From Halomicrobium mukohataei DSM 12286 (lineage in GTDB: Archaea; Halobacteriota; Halobacteria; Halobacteriales; Haloarculaceae): 32,000 bases of DNA. A program made the position numbers and the translations under genes. The notes below the pieces were generated by a model, which worked only from the letters and a program-made list of their open reading frames with translations, was not told the DNA's origin and did not search any database. The DNA is taken from positions 1,800,001 through 1,832,000 of the forward strand of contig NC_013202.1 in the NCBI RefSeq assembly GCF_000023965.1, read 5' to 3'. Below are positions 16,267 through 25,442 of the stretch, one piece after another (the first letter of the stretch is position 1; each line of letters starts with the position of its first letter).

Positions 16267-18177
16267 TCAGTCCTGGCTCAGCACGCCCGTGCTCTGTAGT
16301 TCCTCGTCGATCTCGGCGTCGGCCATCTTCTCGACCAGCGCGTCGATCACCTGTTCGCGCATCCCCTTGACGAACTTGATGGAGCCGACGACGAGGTGGC
16401 CCCCGCCGCTGACGCCGCCGCCGTCGATCTCGTCGCTCAGCTCGGTGACGTACTCCGGAATGTCGAGGCGGACGCCGTCAGAGCGGAGGACGGCGAAGTC
16501 CGGACCGTAGCCGATCGTGATGACGGGATCGCCGGTCTCCTCGACCTTGCGGTCGTGGATCTTGCCCGTGGTCTTGCCCGGCGCAGGGTAGGTAAAGCGA
16601 TGGGCGTGGTGTTCCACGTCGATCTGGTAGAGGTGTGCGCCGTTGTCCAGGCGCTCGTGTTCGAGGTGGTCCATCGCGGCGTCGAGCTGGGTGTCGACGT
16701 CTCGCTCGGCCCGCGTCGAGAGGAACTCGACGATCTCCTCGTGGCGGTCCCGGTCGTCGCAGTTGACGTTCAGCGCGTCGTCGATCAGTTCGCGACCGTC
16801 GTCGTACTTGAGCCAGAAGGTCGCGTAGTCGAGTGCTTCGCCGACGTCTCGGAGGTCCGCCTCGTCGTAGCCCTCCTGTCGGGCCAGCTCGACGTACTCG
16901 GGCATGGCCTCGCCCTCGGAGCGGTCCGAGACTCCGGCGACCGCCGGGACGTGGCGCAGCTCGTCGGTCAGCGACGGGTCGATCATGCGGGCGAGTTCGA
17001 CGCACATCATCCCGGTCGTGATCCGGTAGTCCTCGTCGTGGAGGTAGGGGTTGACGTGGGCGTCGATCAGCGGCTCGACGGCCTCGGGATCGGGGTGGTG
17101 GTGGTCGACGACGACCACGGGGATGTCGTAGTGTCGGAGGTTCCGGTAGGCCGGCGTGTCCTCCTCGGTCGAGCCGTTGTCGAGCATCAGGACCAGCGGA
17201 AGCTTCTGGCCGTGACGCTCGCGGTTCTCCAGCGCGAAGTTGAGGTCGCGGGTCACGTCCTCCAGCTCGTAGTAGGGTGCCTTGCTCGGCAGCCGCTTGA
17301 GCATGTGTCGGCCCGCCTCGTCGTCCTGGTAGTGCCGTGCGACGAACCGCTCTAGCGCGAGCTGTAGCGGGACGCTGGCACAGAGGCCGTCGCCGTCGGC
17401 GTGGTGTCGCATCCGGATCGGCCGCCCTTCGAGGACGGTCCGACGGAGCTGCCGGGCCACGTCTCTGAGGTCGTCCCACAGCTTCTCGAAGGCCGGCCAC
17501 TCGACCAGCGGGTCGATGTCGGCCGGCTCGGCGGCTTCGTCCAGCGCCTCGTCGATGTCGTCACGGACCGCCCGCTCGCGGTCGCCCCCGAGGACGGTCA
17601 GCTCATCGACCTCGACCTGGACGCCGCCGTTGCGGCTCTCGACGCGGCCGGTCACCTCGGCCACGTCGCCGAGGTCGACGGCTGGGAACGCCCGGACGCC
17701 GGCCTCGTCGAAGGCCGCGCAGGGAACGACGCCGCTCTCGTCTCGGAGCTGGAAGATCGTCGGCCCGCCGGTCTGTTTGATCTGGAGGACCTCGCCCCGG
17801 ACCGTGACGGTCTCGCCGGTCACGTCCGCGAGGTCGTCGACGACGGCGTCGGTCCCGCGGCCGACCGCTTCGGTCGTGTAGTCGGCGAACTGGACCTCTT
17901 CGAAGCTCACGTCGCCGTTCTCTCGCACCTCGGCGAGCTCGACGACGAGCTCGTCGCCCACGTCGTAGTCGCCGACGAGGTTCGAGTCGTGAACGAGTCC
18001 GGACAGTTCTTCCGAGAGATCGACGAAGACGCCGTACTCGACGACGCCGTTGACTGTACCAACGTAGCAGCTGCCCTCCTCGACGTCGTCGAGGGTGCAG
18101 CCGTCAGCGAGTTCGTAAACGACGGTTCCCCCGTCGGGAACCGGGGCACCCGTGTCGGTGCCGGCTGGCGGAGACAT
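16267..18177 (-). CDS. RecJ-like DHH/DHHA1 phosphoesterase with N-terminal S1 and OB-fold domains
   Basis: 636 aa. The S1-like block is GSCYVGTVNGVVEYGVFVDLSEELSGLVHDSNL. The OB-like block is VTVRGEVLQIKQTGGPTIFQLRDESG. The DHH motif is PVVVVDHHHPD and the DHHA1 motif is GGGVSGGGHLVVGS. Confidence 0.85.
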   Translation of the reverse strand: MSPPAGTDTGAPVPDGGTVVYELADGCTLDDVEEGSCYVGTVNGVVEYGVFVDLSEELSGLVHDSNLVGDYDVGDELVVELAEVRENGDVSFEEVQFADYTTEAVGRGTDAVVDDLADVTGETVTVRGEVLQIKQTGGPTIFQLRDESGVVPCAAFDEAGVRAFPAVDLGDVAEVTGRVESRNGGVQVEVDELTVLGGDRERAVRDDIDEALDEAAEPADIDPLVEWPAFEKLWDDLRDVARQLRRTVLEGRPIRMRHHADGDGLCASVPLQLALERFVARHYQDDEAGRHMLKRLPSKAPYYELEDVTRDLNFALENRERHGQKLPLVLMLDNGSTEEDTPAYRNLRHYDIPVVVVDHHHPDPEAVEPLIDAHVNPYLHDEDYRITTGMMCVELARMIDPSLTDELRHVPAVAGVSDRSEGEAMPEYVELARQEGYDEADLRDVGEALDYATFWLKYDDGRELIDDALNVNCDDRDRHEEIVEFLSTRAERDVDTQLDAAMDHLEHERLDNGAHLYQIDVEHHAHRFTYPAPGKTTGKIHDRKVEETGDPVITIGYGPDFAVLRSDGVRLDIPEYVTELSDEIDGGGVSGGGHLVVGSIKFVKGMREQVIDALVEKMADAEIDEELQSTGVLSQD

Positions 18178-18387
18178 TTGACCTGTCTTGGTCGCTACCG
18201 CGTTTTTATGCTTCGGTATCGTCGCGCCGGCAACTGCCCGTCACGCCGACCGGACAACGGCGACGCACGCCGTCGTCTCGACCTCCGCCCGGGCGGGCGT
18301 TCGTACGGAACGTCGCCTCTTCTCCGTGGTCGCTCCCACCGCACGCTCCTCGGAAAGTTTAGAAGGCGCGATACCACACGTTCAGAC

Positions 18388-18879
18388 ATGGGCCTGTTTC
18401 GCTCGGGCGGGATCCTCGGCATCGCCGACTCCGCGCTCGAGTTCGCCCTCGCGGCGTCGGAGGAGAGCCACCCCAACGAGTACATGGGGATCCTGCGCGG
18501 CGAGGACGCACGCACACTCGGACTGGACGAGGACGGCACGGTACTGTCCGACGTGCTCGTGATCCCCGGAACGGAATCGAACCCGGTGAGCGCGACGCTC
18601 AAGACGAGCATGGTACCCAACGACCTGCGGGCCGCGGGATCGATCCACTCCCACCCCAACGGCGTGCTCAAGCCGAGCGACGCCGACCTGCAGACGTTCG
18701 GCCGCGGCGACGTACACATCATCGTCGGCGCACCCTACGGGAAAGACGACTGGCAGGCGTTCGACAACGAGGGCCAGCCGATCGAACTCGACGTGCTGGA
18801 CGTGGACCCGCCAGAGGAGGAGTTCTTCGATTTCACCCAGGCGGACATCGACGCCGAGTTGCGGGAGGACGAATGGTGA
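18388..18879 (+). CDS. JAMM/MPN+ family metalloprotease
   Basis: 163 aa from ATG 18388. The JAMM signature is E ([12 protein letters not shown]) followed by [14 protein letters not shown] (H-x-H-x7-S-x2-D). The rest of track ORF 17401-18879 is antisense to the RecJ-like gene and is rejected. A TATA-like aagtttagaa lies about 30 nt upstream. Confidence 0.85.
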   Translation: MGLFRSGGILGIADSALEFALAASEESHPNEYMGILRGEDARTLGLDEDGTVLSDVLVIPGTESNPVSATLKTSMVPNDLRAAGSIHSHPNGVLKPSDADLQTFGRGDVHIIVGAPYGKDDWQAFDNEGQPIELDVLDVDPPEEEFFDFTQADIDAELREDEW

Positions 18880-19304
18880 CCCGCGACGTCGTCGCCCAGG
18901 GGACCTTCGACATCCTCCACCCCGGCCACGTCCACTATCTTCGGGAAGCGAAGGCGATGGGCGACCGACTCCACGTCATCGTCGCCCGCAGCGAGAACGT
19001 CACGCACAAAGCGCCGCCGGTCGTCCCCGACCGCCAGCGCGTCGAGATGGTCGAAGCCCTCGATCCCGTCGACTACGCTCGACTGGGCCACGCCGAGGAC
19101 ATCTTCGTCCCCATCGAGCAGATCGAACCCGACGTGATCGCGCTGGGCTACGACCAGCACCACGAGGTCGAGGGGATCGAGACGGCACTCGACGAGCGTG
19201 GCCTCGACTGCGAAGTGCGTCGGGCCGGACCGCGAAAAGCCAGCGAGGACGAGATCCTCTCGACGGGATCGATCATCGAGAAGATTCTGGACGAACGGAG
19301 CTGA
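18873..19304 (+). CDS. ribL: Archaeal FAD synthetase (RibL, cytidylyltransferase-fold FMN adenylyltransferase)
   Basis: 143 aa. The block [38 protein letters not shown]...[15 protein letters not shown]...[10 protein letters not shown] closely parallels methanogen RibL. It overlaps the JAMM gene by 7 nt (ATGGTGA). Confidence 0.88.
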   Translation: MVTRDVVAQGTFDILHPGHVHYLREAKAMGDRLHVIVARSENVTHKAPPVVPDRQRVEMVEALDPVDYARLGHAEDIFVPIEQIEPDVIALGYDQHHEVEGIETALDERGLDCEVRRAGPRKASEDEILSTGSIIEKILDERS

Positions 19305-19534
19305 CTGGATCGATGTCGTCGTTCTGGTGATCGTTTCCCCCTCGAGATCGGTCTCATCTCCTTTGGACGGAATGAGAGTATCAGAGACTGCCCGTCTGCA
19401 TCCGGTTTCGACGAGAACGCAACGAAATTGCCGCTCTGTAGAACGTGCAAACTTTTCAGTACTGTTCGTGTGGTAGACAGCCAAAATACAGATACCTCCC
19501 AACTCTTATCATGAATTAACTGCAATATTTCAGT

Positions 19535-20065
19535 ATGCAGTCCTCGCAAATCCGCACCCTCCACACTGTCTGTAAGCGGTATGGTCCCGGGCGTCTCCCC
19601 CACGCAGAGAAGAACGATATCGGTGCGGGATATGCAGCCGCAGCCGCTGCAGTCATTGCAACGCTCCTCTACGGAGCAGTAATCAGTGCCATGGAAATAT
19701 TCACAGCCGGTATCGAAGGAGCATTTGGGATGGTATTTTTCTCTCTCGCGCTTCCCTTTGTCGTCCCAGCTGCATTCCTTGTCGGCGTCATTAGTTGGCG
19801 ATTGCTACCATCGTATTCTACACCAATCGGCATCGTTGGCGGCGGGTTAGGGAGCATAGCAACATATCTTGTTGCAACTGTACTCTTCGGGGCATTACTG
19901 ACGGCCATGTCCGCGCTTTCATTGACCGGTGCTGATCCAATTAGCGCCATTACATTCTCCTACGGCCTCCTTGCTACCGCGTTCGTTCTCACATGGTGGG
20001 TGACTATTCCGATTGGTTGTCTCGCAGGTTATGTGTATGTAAACGTCGTCAACACGTCCAACTGA
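19535..20065 (+). CDS. Orphan integral membrane protein (about 5 TM helices) in a low-GC islet
   Basis: 176 aa. Hydrophobic segments include AAAAAVIATLLYGAVISAM, GMVFFSLALPFVVPAAFLVGVISW, IGIVGGGLGSIATYLVATVLFGALL and LLATAFVLTWWVTIPIGCLAGYV. Many codons end in A/T (gca, att, tta, aca), unlike the flanking genes. Confidence 0.55.
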   Translation: MQSSQIRTLHTVCKRYGPGRLPHAEKNDIGAGYAAAAAAVIATLLYGAVISAMEIFTAGIEGAFGMVFFSLALPFVVPAAFLVGVISWRLLPSYSTPIGIVGGGLGSIATYLVATVLFGALLTAMSALSLTGADPISAITFSYGLLATAFVLTWWVTIPIGCLAGYVYVNVVNTSN

Positions 20066-20090
20066 ACTGAACGGCACTACGTGTGCGAAC

Positions 20091-20122
20091 TTTTTCCACG
20101 TCGGGTTCGCCTGGGGCGAACC
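20091..20122 (+). terminator. T5 tract followed by a perfect 8-bp hairpin downstream of the 19535-20065 gene
   Basis: ttttt at 20091-20095. The hairpin is ggttcgcc (20104-20111) / ggcgaacc (20115-20122) with loop tgg. Confidence 0.25.
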
Positions 20123-20141
20123 GCTCGCGCAAAACTTTGAT

Positions 20142-20148
20142 AAAAAAA
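20142..20148 (-). terminator. T7 tract on the minus strand, about 200 nt downstream of the aminotransferase stop
   Basis: aaaaaaa at 20142-20148 on the plus strand. This is the longest oligo-T on the minus strand between the convergent genes. Confidence 0.25.
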
Positions 20149-20350
20149 GGCTGCTCTCTCTCATTGGTCGCTCGCGGATGCCACGCTTGTGACTCACCCT
20201 CAGCGGCAACTCCTCGCCCTGTACTGACTGCGTGCGATTCACCGTCAGAGCAAGCTCTCTCGAGCCCTCCTTCACACCGCTCAGGAGGACCACGTTTTTG
20301 CACGAGTGGTTGCGAACGGAGCGAGCAACCCGAAGTGTAAACAGGTGGTA

Positions 20351-21511
20351 CTACAGTAGACCGACGTCGTCGAGGCGTTCGACGGCTTCTTCGAGCCGTT
20401 CCTTGCTGTTGGCGTAGGAGATGCGCGCGTAGCCCGGCGTGCCGAAGGCGTGGCCCGGCACGGTCGCGACGTGGGCCTCCTCGATCGCTTCCTCGCACCA
20501 GGCGTCGTCGTCGCCGTCGGGCGCGACCTCGGGCATCATGTAGAAGGCTCCCTGGGGATCGGGGACGTGGACGCCCCGCTCCTCGAAGAGGTCCTTGAGG
20601 AAGGTGCGCCGTTCGTCGAAGGCTTCGACCATCTCCTCGACCTCGCTCTCGGTGTTGCGGATCGCCTCGACGCCCGCGTGCTGGACGAAGTTGACGGCAC
20701 AGGAGACCGAGTGGCCGTGGACCTTCCCGGCCTCGTCGATCAGCTCCTCGGGGCCGGCGAAGTAGCCCAGCCGCCAGCCGGTCATCGAGTAGGCCTTCGA
20801 GAAGCCGTTGAGCGTGATGGTCCGGTCTTCCATGCCGTCCAGCGTCCCCAGCGAGGTCGCCTCGCGGCCGTCGTAGGTGATCTCCTTGTAGATCTCGTCG
20901 GAGATGACCTGGAAGTCGTGCTCGACGGCCAGGTCGCGAACGCCTTCGAGGGCCTCGTCGGTGTAGACCGCGCCGTGGGGGTTGCCCGGCGAGTTCACCA
21001 CGAGCAGTTCCGTGTCGTCGCTGACCGTCTCGGCGAGATCGTCGAGCGCGCCCGCGAGCTGGAAGTCGTGGGCAGCGGTGTCGACGCGTTTCAGCGAGCC
21101 GTCGGCGAGTTTCACCATCGCCTCGTAGGAGACCCACGCCGGGTCCAGCAGGACGACCTCGTCGCCGTCGTCGATCAGCGTCTGGAAGATCTCATAGAGG
21201 GCCTGCTTGCCGCCGGGCGTGACCATGAGGTTGTCTTCGTCGTACTGGGTCAGCCCGTCGTCGTGGAGCTTCTCGGCGATCGCCGACTTGAGTTCCGGGA
21301 TGCCACTGGTGGGCGTATAGCCCGTGTGGCCGGCGTCGAGGGCCTCCTTGGCGGCGTCTTTGATGTTCTCGGGCGTGTCGAAGTCCGGTTCGCCGACGCT
21401 CAGGTCGACCACGTCGACTCCCTGGGCCTCCAGCTCGGCGGCCTTGTTGCTGATCGCGAGCGTCGCGCTCGGTTCGACTCGTCCTACACGTGCGGCGAAG
21501 TCCTGTGTCAT
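20351..21511 (-). CDS. Class-I PLP-dependent aminotransferase (aspartate aminotransferase-like)
   Basis: 386 aa from ATG 21511 (MTQDFAARVGRVEPSATLAISNKAAELEAQGVDVVDLSVGEPDFDTP). The PLP-lysine motif is GFSKAYSMTGWRLGY. The 23-codon upstream extension in the track ORF would overlap ribH and is rejected. Confidence 0.9.
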   Translation of the reverse strand: MTQDFAARVGRVEPSATLAISNKAAELEAQGVDVVDLSVGEPDFDTPENIKDAAKEALDAGHTGYTPTSGIPELKSAIAEKLHDDGLTQYDEDNLMVTPGGKQALYEIFQTLIDDGDEVVLLDPAWVSYEAMVKLADGSLKRVDTAAHDFQLAGALDDLAETVSDDTELLVVNSPGNPHGAVYTDEALEGVRDLAVEHDFQVISDEIYKEITYDGREATSLGTLDGMEDRTITLNGFSKAYSMTGWRLGYFAGPEELIDEAGKVHGHSVSCAVNFVQHAGVEAIRNTESEVEEMVEAFDERRTFLKDLFEERGVHVPDPQGAFYMMPEVAPDGDDDAWCEEAIEEAHVATVPGHAFGTPGYARISYANSKERLEEAVERLDDVGLL

Positions 21512-21545
21512 TGTGGTACTCTCAGTCGTTGTCGTCGGTCCGCGC

Positions 21546-21959
21546 TCACTGTCGCAGTTCCGTCGCGAGCGAGACGGCACTGTCGACGGCGTCGCCGCCT
21601 TTGTCGGTTCGTGCCGTCGCCTCGTCCTGGCTCATGCCCGGGCCGATGACGCCCATCGTCACTGGAGTGTCGCGGTCGAGGCTGACCCGCGTCAGTCCCT
21701 GGGCGGCGGCGTCGGCGATCACCTGATCGTGGTCGGTGTCGCCGGTGACGATCGCGCCCAGCACCGCGACGGCGTCGACGTCCTCGCGCCGCGCCAGCCG
21801 GTCTGCGGCCAGCGGCGTGTCGTAGGACCCCGGCACCTCGCGGGTCGCGACGATCGTCGCGTCGTGATCGCTGGCGGCCTCGCGAGCCGACGCTTCCATC
21901 GCTTCGATAACCTGCCCGTGTTTGTCGTACTGGGCGACGACGAGCCCGAGCTGCACCAT
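21546..21959 (-). CDS. ribH: 6,7-dimethyl-8-ribityllumazine synthase (archaeal type)
   Basis: 137 aa. The blocks LGLVVAQYD..., VPGSYDTPLAADRL...DVDAVAVLGAIVTGDTDHDQVIA and PVTMGVIGPGMSQDEA parallel methanogen RibH. The related archaeal riboflavin synthase cannot be fully excluded without alignment. Confidence 0.8.
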   Translation of the reverse strand: MVQLGLVVAQYDKHGQVIEAMEASAREAASDHDATIVATREVPGSYDTPLAADRLARREDVDAVAVLGAIVTGDTDHDQVIADAAAQGLTRVSLDRDTPVTMGVIGPGMSQDEATARTDKGGDAVDSAVSLATELRQ

Positions 21960-22073
21960 ACCCGAGTGGCGGGTGGGAGAGCTAAAAGAAGTACCGCTTA
22001 CGGCCGAGTCCGCGCCGATCGGACGGCGTCGGTCTACCGCGAACCAGAAGTGTTCTAAGCGGGCCTCGTTTCA

Positions 22074-24044
22074 GTGGCCGGTATGCATTCGTCGGGCCCC
22101 GACACCGACTCCGAGCGCCCTCCACAGGAGACGGACGGTGAGGCTGGCGACCCGGGCGACGACGGCAGATCGCTTCGGACGTTGGCGACGACGACCGTCG
22201 GTCTGGTCCTCGCGGTGGCGGCCGTCGGTCTCGTCCTCCGACTGGCCTTCCTGGGTGACCGCATCGCCCACTGGGACGAAGCGCGCGTCGGCTACTGGAT
22301 CACCTACTACGTCGAGACGGGGTCGTTCGCCTACCGCCGGATCATCCACGGTCCCTTCATCCAGCACGTCAACGGCTGGCTGTTTCCGCTGGTGGGTGCC
22401 AACGACTTCACGATGCGGCTCCCGGTCGCGCTGATCAGCGCGACGCTCCCGCTGTCGGCGCTGCTGTTTCGCGAGCACCTCCGCAGGGTCGAACTGCTCG
22501 CGATGGCGCTCTTCCTGGCCGTCAACCCCGTCGTCCTCTACTACTCCCGGTTCATGCGCAGCGACCTGCTGGTCGCGACGTTCATGTTCTTCGCGCTGGG
22601 TGCCCTCGTGCGGTTCTACGACACCCGGCGCTGGCGCTACGTCTACGCCGCCGGGGTGCTGATGGCGTGTGGCTTCGCCTCGAAGGAGAACGCGATTCTC
22701 TACGTGCTGACGTGGCTCGGCGCGGTCGGTCTGCTCGCCGACCAGGCGCTGTATCGTCCCCGGAACGACGCGAGTGGCTCGGCGCTCCTCCTGGCGAAAC
22801 TGCGGGCGCTGGCCGGTCGCGTCCGCGGTGGCGCGCCGACGGCTGCCAACGGCGGGTCCTCGTCGGGGCGGTCTCCGGGCTGGTGCTCCCGAGGCGGGCG
22901 GATACTGCTACATCTCGTCGGCGTCGCCGCGGTCTTTCTCGCGCTCAGCCTGTTCTTCTACGCACCGCGAGGTGCGGGCGAGGCGGGGCTGTACCACCCG
23001 CCGGGGACGACAGAGCAGGTGATGCTCTGGCAGGCGGTCGGGGACCCGGCGCAGTTGCCGACGCTGCTCGAAGAGACCTGGGCCCACGTTCGGTTCGAGT
23101 ACGGCGAGTGGTTCGGGCAGGCCGGCGAGAGCGGCGAGGAGAGCATCGCCAGCACGTACGTCGAGTATCTCGGCCGGTTCGTCCGTGTCATGGGGCTGAA
23201 GGCAGCGCCCCTGACGGTGCTCTCGGTCGTCGGGTTCGCCGCCGAGCGATACGGGCGCGCCGAGAGCCGGAACCTCGTGATGCTCGCCGGCTACTGCGGG
23301 TTCGTCTCGGTGCTTGGCTACCCGCTTGGGACGGACGTCTTCGGGGCCTGGCTCGTCGTCCACGCGCTCGTCCCGCTCTCGATTCCGGCCGCCGTGGGGC
23401 TCGCTCGGATCGTCGACTGGGCGCGGGGCGCGTTCGTCGCGGACGACGCGGTCGGGCTCACGACCGCCGCGGCCGTCCTGCTGCTCGTCGGCGGCGCGAC
23501 CGCGGGCGTCGTCACGAACTCGGTGTACCTGAACGACCAGTCCGAGGACAACTATCTGGTCCAGTACGCCCAGCCCGGCGACAGCCCGCGGGCCGAACTC
23601 GAAGCGATCGATCGAGCGGCCGGGGACGACCGACCTGGGCCGGACGTGTTGCTGTTCTACGGCGAGGAGGGGGATCGCTGGGACGACGACGAAGCCCTCG
23701 TCGAGCGGGACCGTGCCGGCTGGAACCGCTCGAAGTTCAACTATCGGCCCCTCTGTAGCAAGTGGTTCAACGCGCTGCCGTTGCCCTGGTACTTCGCCAC
23801 CAGCGACGCCGACGTGGACTGTGCGAGGACGCCCGGCAACGTCACGGACCGCCTCGACGACGGGCCGCCGGCCGTCGTCGTCACGGTCGCCTCGGACCGG
23901 ACGACCCCCGAGGCGGCGCTGCGCGACGCGTACAGCTCAGAGACCTACGAGATGCGAGCGTACGGCACGCGGATGACCTTCTGGGTCCACGACAGCGTCG
24001 AGCGCGACCGGGAGGTGAGATCCGTCCGTCGCGTCGGTCCGTGA
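22074..24044 (+). CDS. Polytopic GT-C-fold membrane protein (PMT_2/ArnT-like; resembles the TIGR03663 / Agl23-type family)
   Basis: 656 aa. The N-terminal block is LRLAFLGDRIAHWDEARVGYWITYYVETGSFAYRRIIHGPFIQHVNGWLFPLVG, followed by more than 10 hydrophobic segments and a soluble C-terminal domain. The track start is GTG 22074; an ATG lies at 22083. The family assignment is from memory. Confidence 0.7.
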   Translation: MAGMHSSGPDTDSERPPQETDGEAGDPGDDGRSLRTLATTTVGLVLAVAAVGLVLRLAFLGDRIAHWDEARVGYWITYYVETGSFAYRRIIHGPFIQHVNGWLFPLVGANDFTMRLPVALISATLPLSALLFREHLRRVELLAMALFLAVNPVVLYYSRFMRSDLLVATFMFFALGALVRFYDTRRWRYVYAAGVLMACGFASKENAILYVLTWLGAVGLLADQALYRPRNDASGSALLLAKLRALAGRVRGGAPTAANGGSSSGRSPGWCSRGGRILLHLVGVAAVFLALSLFFYAPRGAGEAGLYHPPGTTEQVMLWQAVGDPAQLPTLLEETWAHVRFEYGEWFGQAGESGEESIASTYVEYLGRFVRVMGLKAAPLTVLSVVGFAAERYGRAESRNLVMLAGYCGFVSVLGYPLGTDVFGAWLVVHALVPLSIPAAVGLARIVDWARGAFVADDAVGLTTAAAVLLLVGGATAGVVTNSVYLNDQSEDNYLVQYAQPGDSPRAELEAIDRAAGDDRPGPDVLLFYGEEGDRWDDDEALVERDRAGWNRSKFNYRPLCSKWFNALPLPWYFATSDADVDCARTPGNVTDRLDDGPPAVVVTVASDRTTPEAALRDAYSSETYEMRAYGTRMTFWVHDSVERDREVRSVRRVGP

Positions 24045-24081
24045 GGCAACGCTTAAGCGGGTCGGTCGGAACCCCTCGCAC

Positions 24082-25245
24082 ATGACCATCTCGACACCAG
24101 GCGTGACGCTGGGCGTCGTCGGCGGCGGTCAGCTCGGACGGATGCTGGCGGAGGCCGCCGCGCCGCTGGGCGTCGATCTCGTCGTGACCGATCCGACCGA
24201 GGACCCGCCGGCCGGCCCGGTCGCGAGCGACGCGCTCGTGGGCGATTTCGACGAGTTCTCGACGATCCGGGCAGTCGCAGAGCGCGCCGACTACCTCACC
24301 TTCGAGATCGAGCTGACCGACCCCGACGCCCTGGAGCAGGTCGCCGAGGAGACCGGCGTTCCGGTACACCCGAAGCCGGACACGCTCCGACTCATCCAGG
24401 ACAAGCTCGTCCAGAAACGCCGTCTCGGCGACGCTGGCGTCCCGGTCCCGGCCTTCCGGCAGGTCGACGACGAAGACGATCTCCTGGCGGCGGGCGAGGA
24501 ACTGGGCTATCCCCTGATGCTCAAGGCCCGCGAAGGCGGCTACGACGGGCGGGGCAACTACCCGGTCGAGTCGCCCGACGACGTGACCGACGCCCTCGAC
24601 GCGATCCAGGGGCCGGCGATGGCCGAGGAGATGATCGACTTCGAGCGAGAGCTGGCCGTGATGGGGTGTCTGGGAGCCGACGAGCGAGACACGTTCCCGG
24701 TCACCGAGACGATCCACCGCGAGGAGATCCTCCGAGAGACGGTCTCCCCTCCGCGAGCCGACGAGGACGTTCGAGAGCGCGCCCGCTCGATCGCGCTCGA
24801 CGTACTCGACGCGATGGAGGGGCGGGGCGTCTACGGGATCGAACTGTTCGAGACGAGCGACGGCGAGATCCTGCTCAACGAGATCGCGCCCCGCCCCCAC
24901 AACTCGGGCCACTGGACCATCGAGGGGTGTCACACCTCGCAGTTCGAACAGCACGTTCGGGCCGTCACCGGGCGACCGCTCGGGACGACCGAGCGCCGTG
25001 GACCGACGGTTTCGGCAAACGTGCTGGGCGACGTACCGGACCGCCAGCGTGCGACACTCTCCGGCGAAGACGCGGTCTTCGAGACGCCTCGGGCGCACCT
25101 CCACTGGTACGGAAAGCGAGAGGTGTACCGGCTCCGGAAGATGGGGCACGTGACCCTCGTCGGCGACGGCGAGACGATGGACGAACTACTCGCGGACGTT
25201 CGAGCACTGCGAGAGCGACTGACCTTCCAGTCCCGCTCGCAGTGA
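24082..25245 (+). CDS. purK: N5-carboxyaminoimidazole ribonucleotide synthase (ATP-grasp)
   Basis: 387 aa. TLGVVGGGQLGRMLAEAA, an ATP-grasp core (GYPLMLKAREGGYDGRGN) and LLNEIAPRPHNSGHWT. Confidence 0.92.
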   Translation: MTISTPGVTLGVVGGGQLGRMLAEAAAPLGVDLVVTDPTEDPPAGPVASDALVGDFDEFSTIRAVAERADYLTFEIELTDPDALEQVAEETGVPVHPKPDTLRLIQDKLVQKRRLGDAGVPVPAFRQVDDEDDLLAAGEELGYPLMLKAREGGYDGRGNYPVESPDDVTDALDAIQGPAMAEEMIDFERELAVMGCLGADERDTFPVTETIHREEILRETVSPPRADEDVRERARSIALDVLDAMEGRGVYGIELFETSDGEILLNEIAPRPHNSGHWTIEGCHTSQFEQHVRAVTGRPLGTTERRGPTVSANVLGDVPDRQRATLSGEDAVFETPRAHLHWYGKREVYRLRKMGHVTLVGDGETMDELLADVRALRERLTFQSRSQ

Positions 25246-25272
25246 CCACTGTCCGTCTCGATTCGTGTCGGG

Positions 25273-25303
25273 CGTGGCGAGGCCATGTCCAGTCCCCGCC
25301 ACG
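25273..25303 (+). other. Hairpin downstream of purK
   Basis: 7-bp perfect stem cgtggcg (25273-25279) / cgccacg (25297-25303) with a 17-nt loop. It starts 28 nt after the purK stop. Confidence 0.2.
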
Positions 25304-25442
25304 GGAAGAGAGTCGCGCCGCGTGCCTCTGATATGAACCGCACGCTCAGTTTCGTCCCGGTCGAAATAAATCTCAGTTACAGTTCCGTGAGAGGTTTCGC
25401 TAATAGTTAGTACTTTTCCGAACGGCTGTCGTACTGTCTGAC

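Noticed and set aside
17401-18387. N-terminal 329 codons of track ORF 17401-18879
   Set aside because: This part is antisense to the RecJ-like gene and has shadow-frame composition. JAMM homology and a TATA-like element support the start at ATG 18388.
18735-19502. 255-aa minus-strand ORF starting in the ribL-downstream spacer and running antisense through ribL
   Set aside because: Most of it is the shadow frame of ribL and the JAMM gene. The first 60 codons lie in AT-rich spacer with no supporting signal.
21512-21580. 23-codon upstream extension of the aminotransferase ORF
   Set aside because: It would overlap the ribH 3-prime end. Family alignment, from memory, starts near MTQDFAARV.
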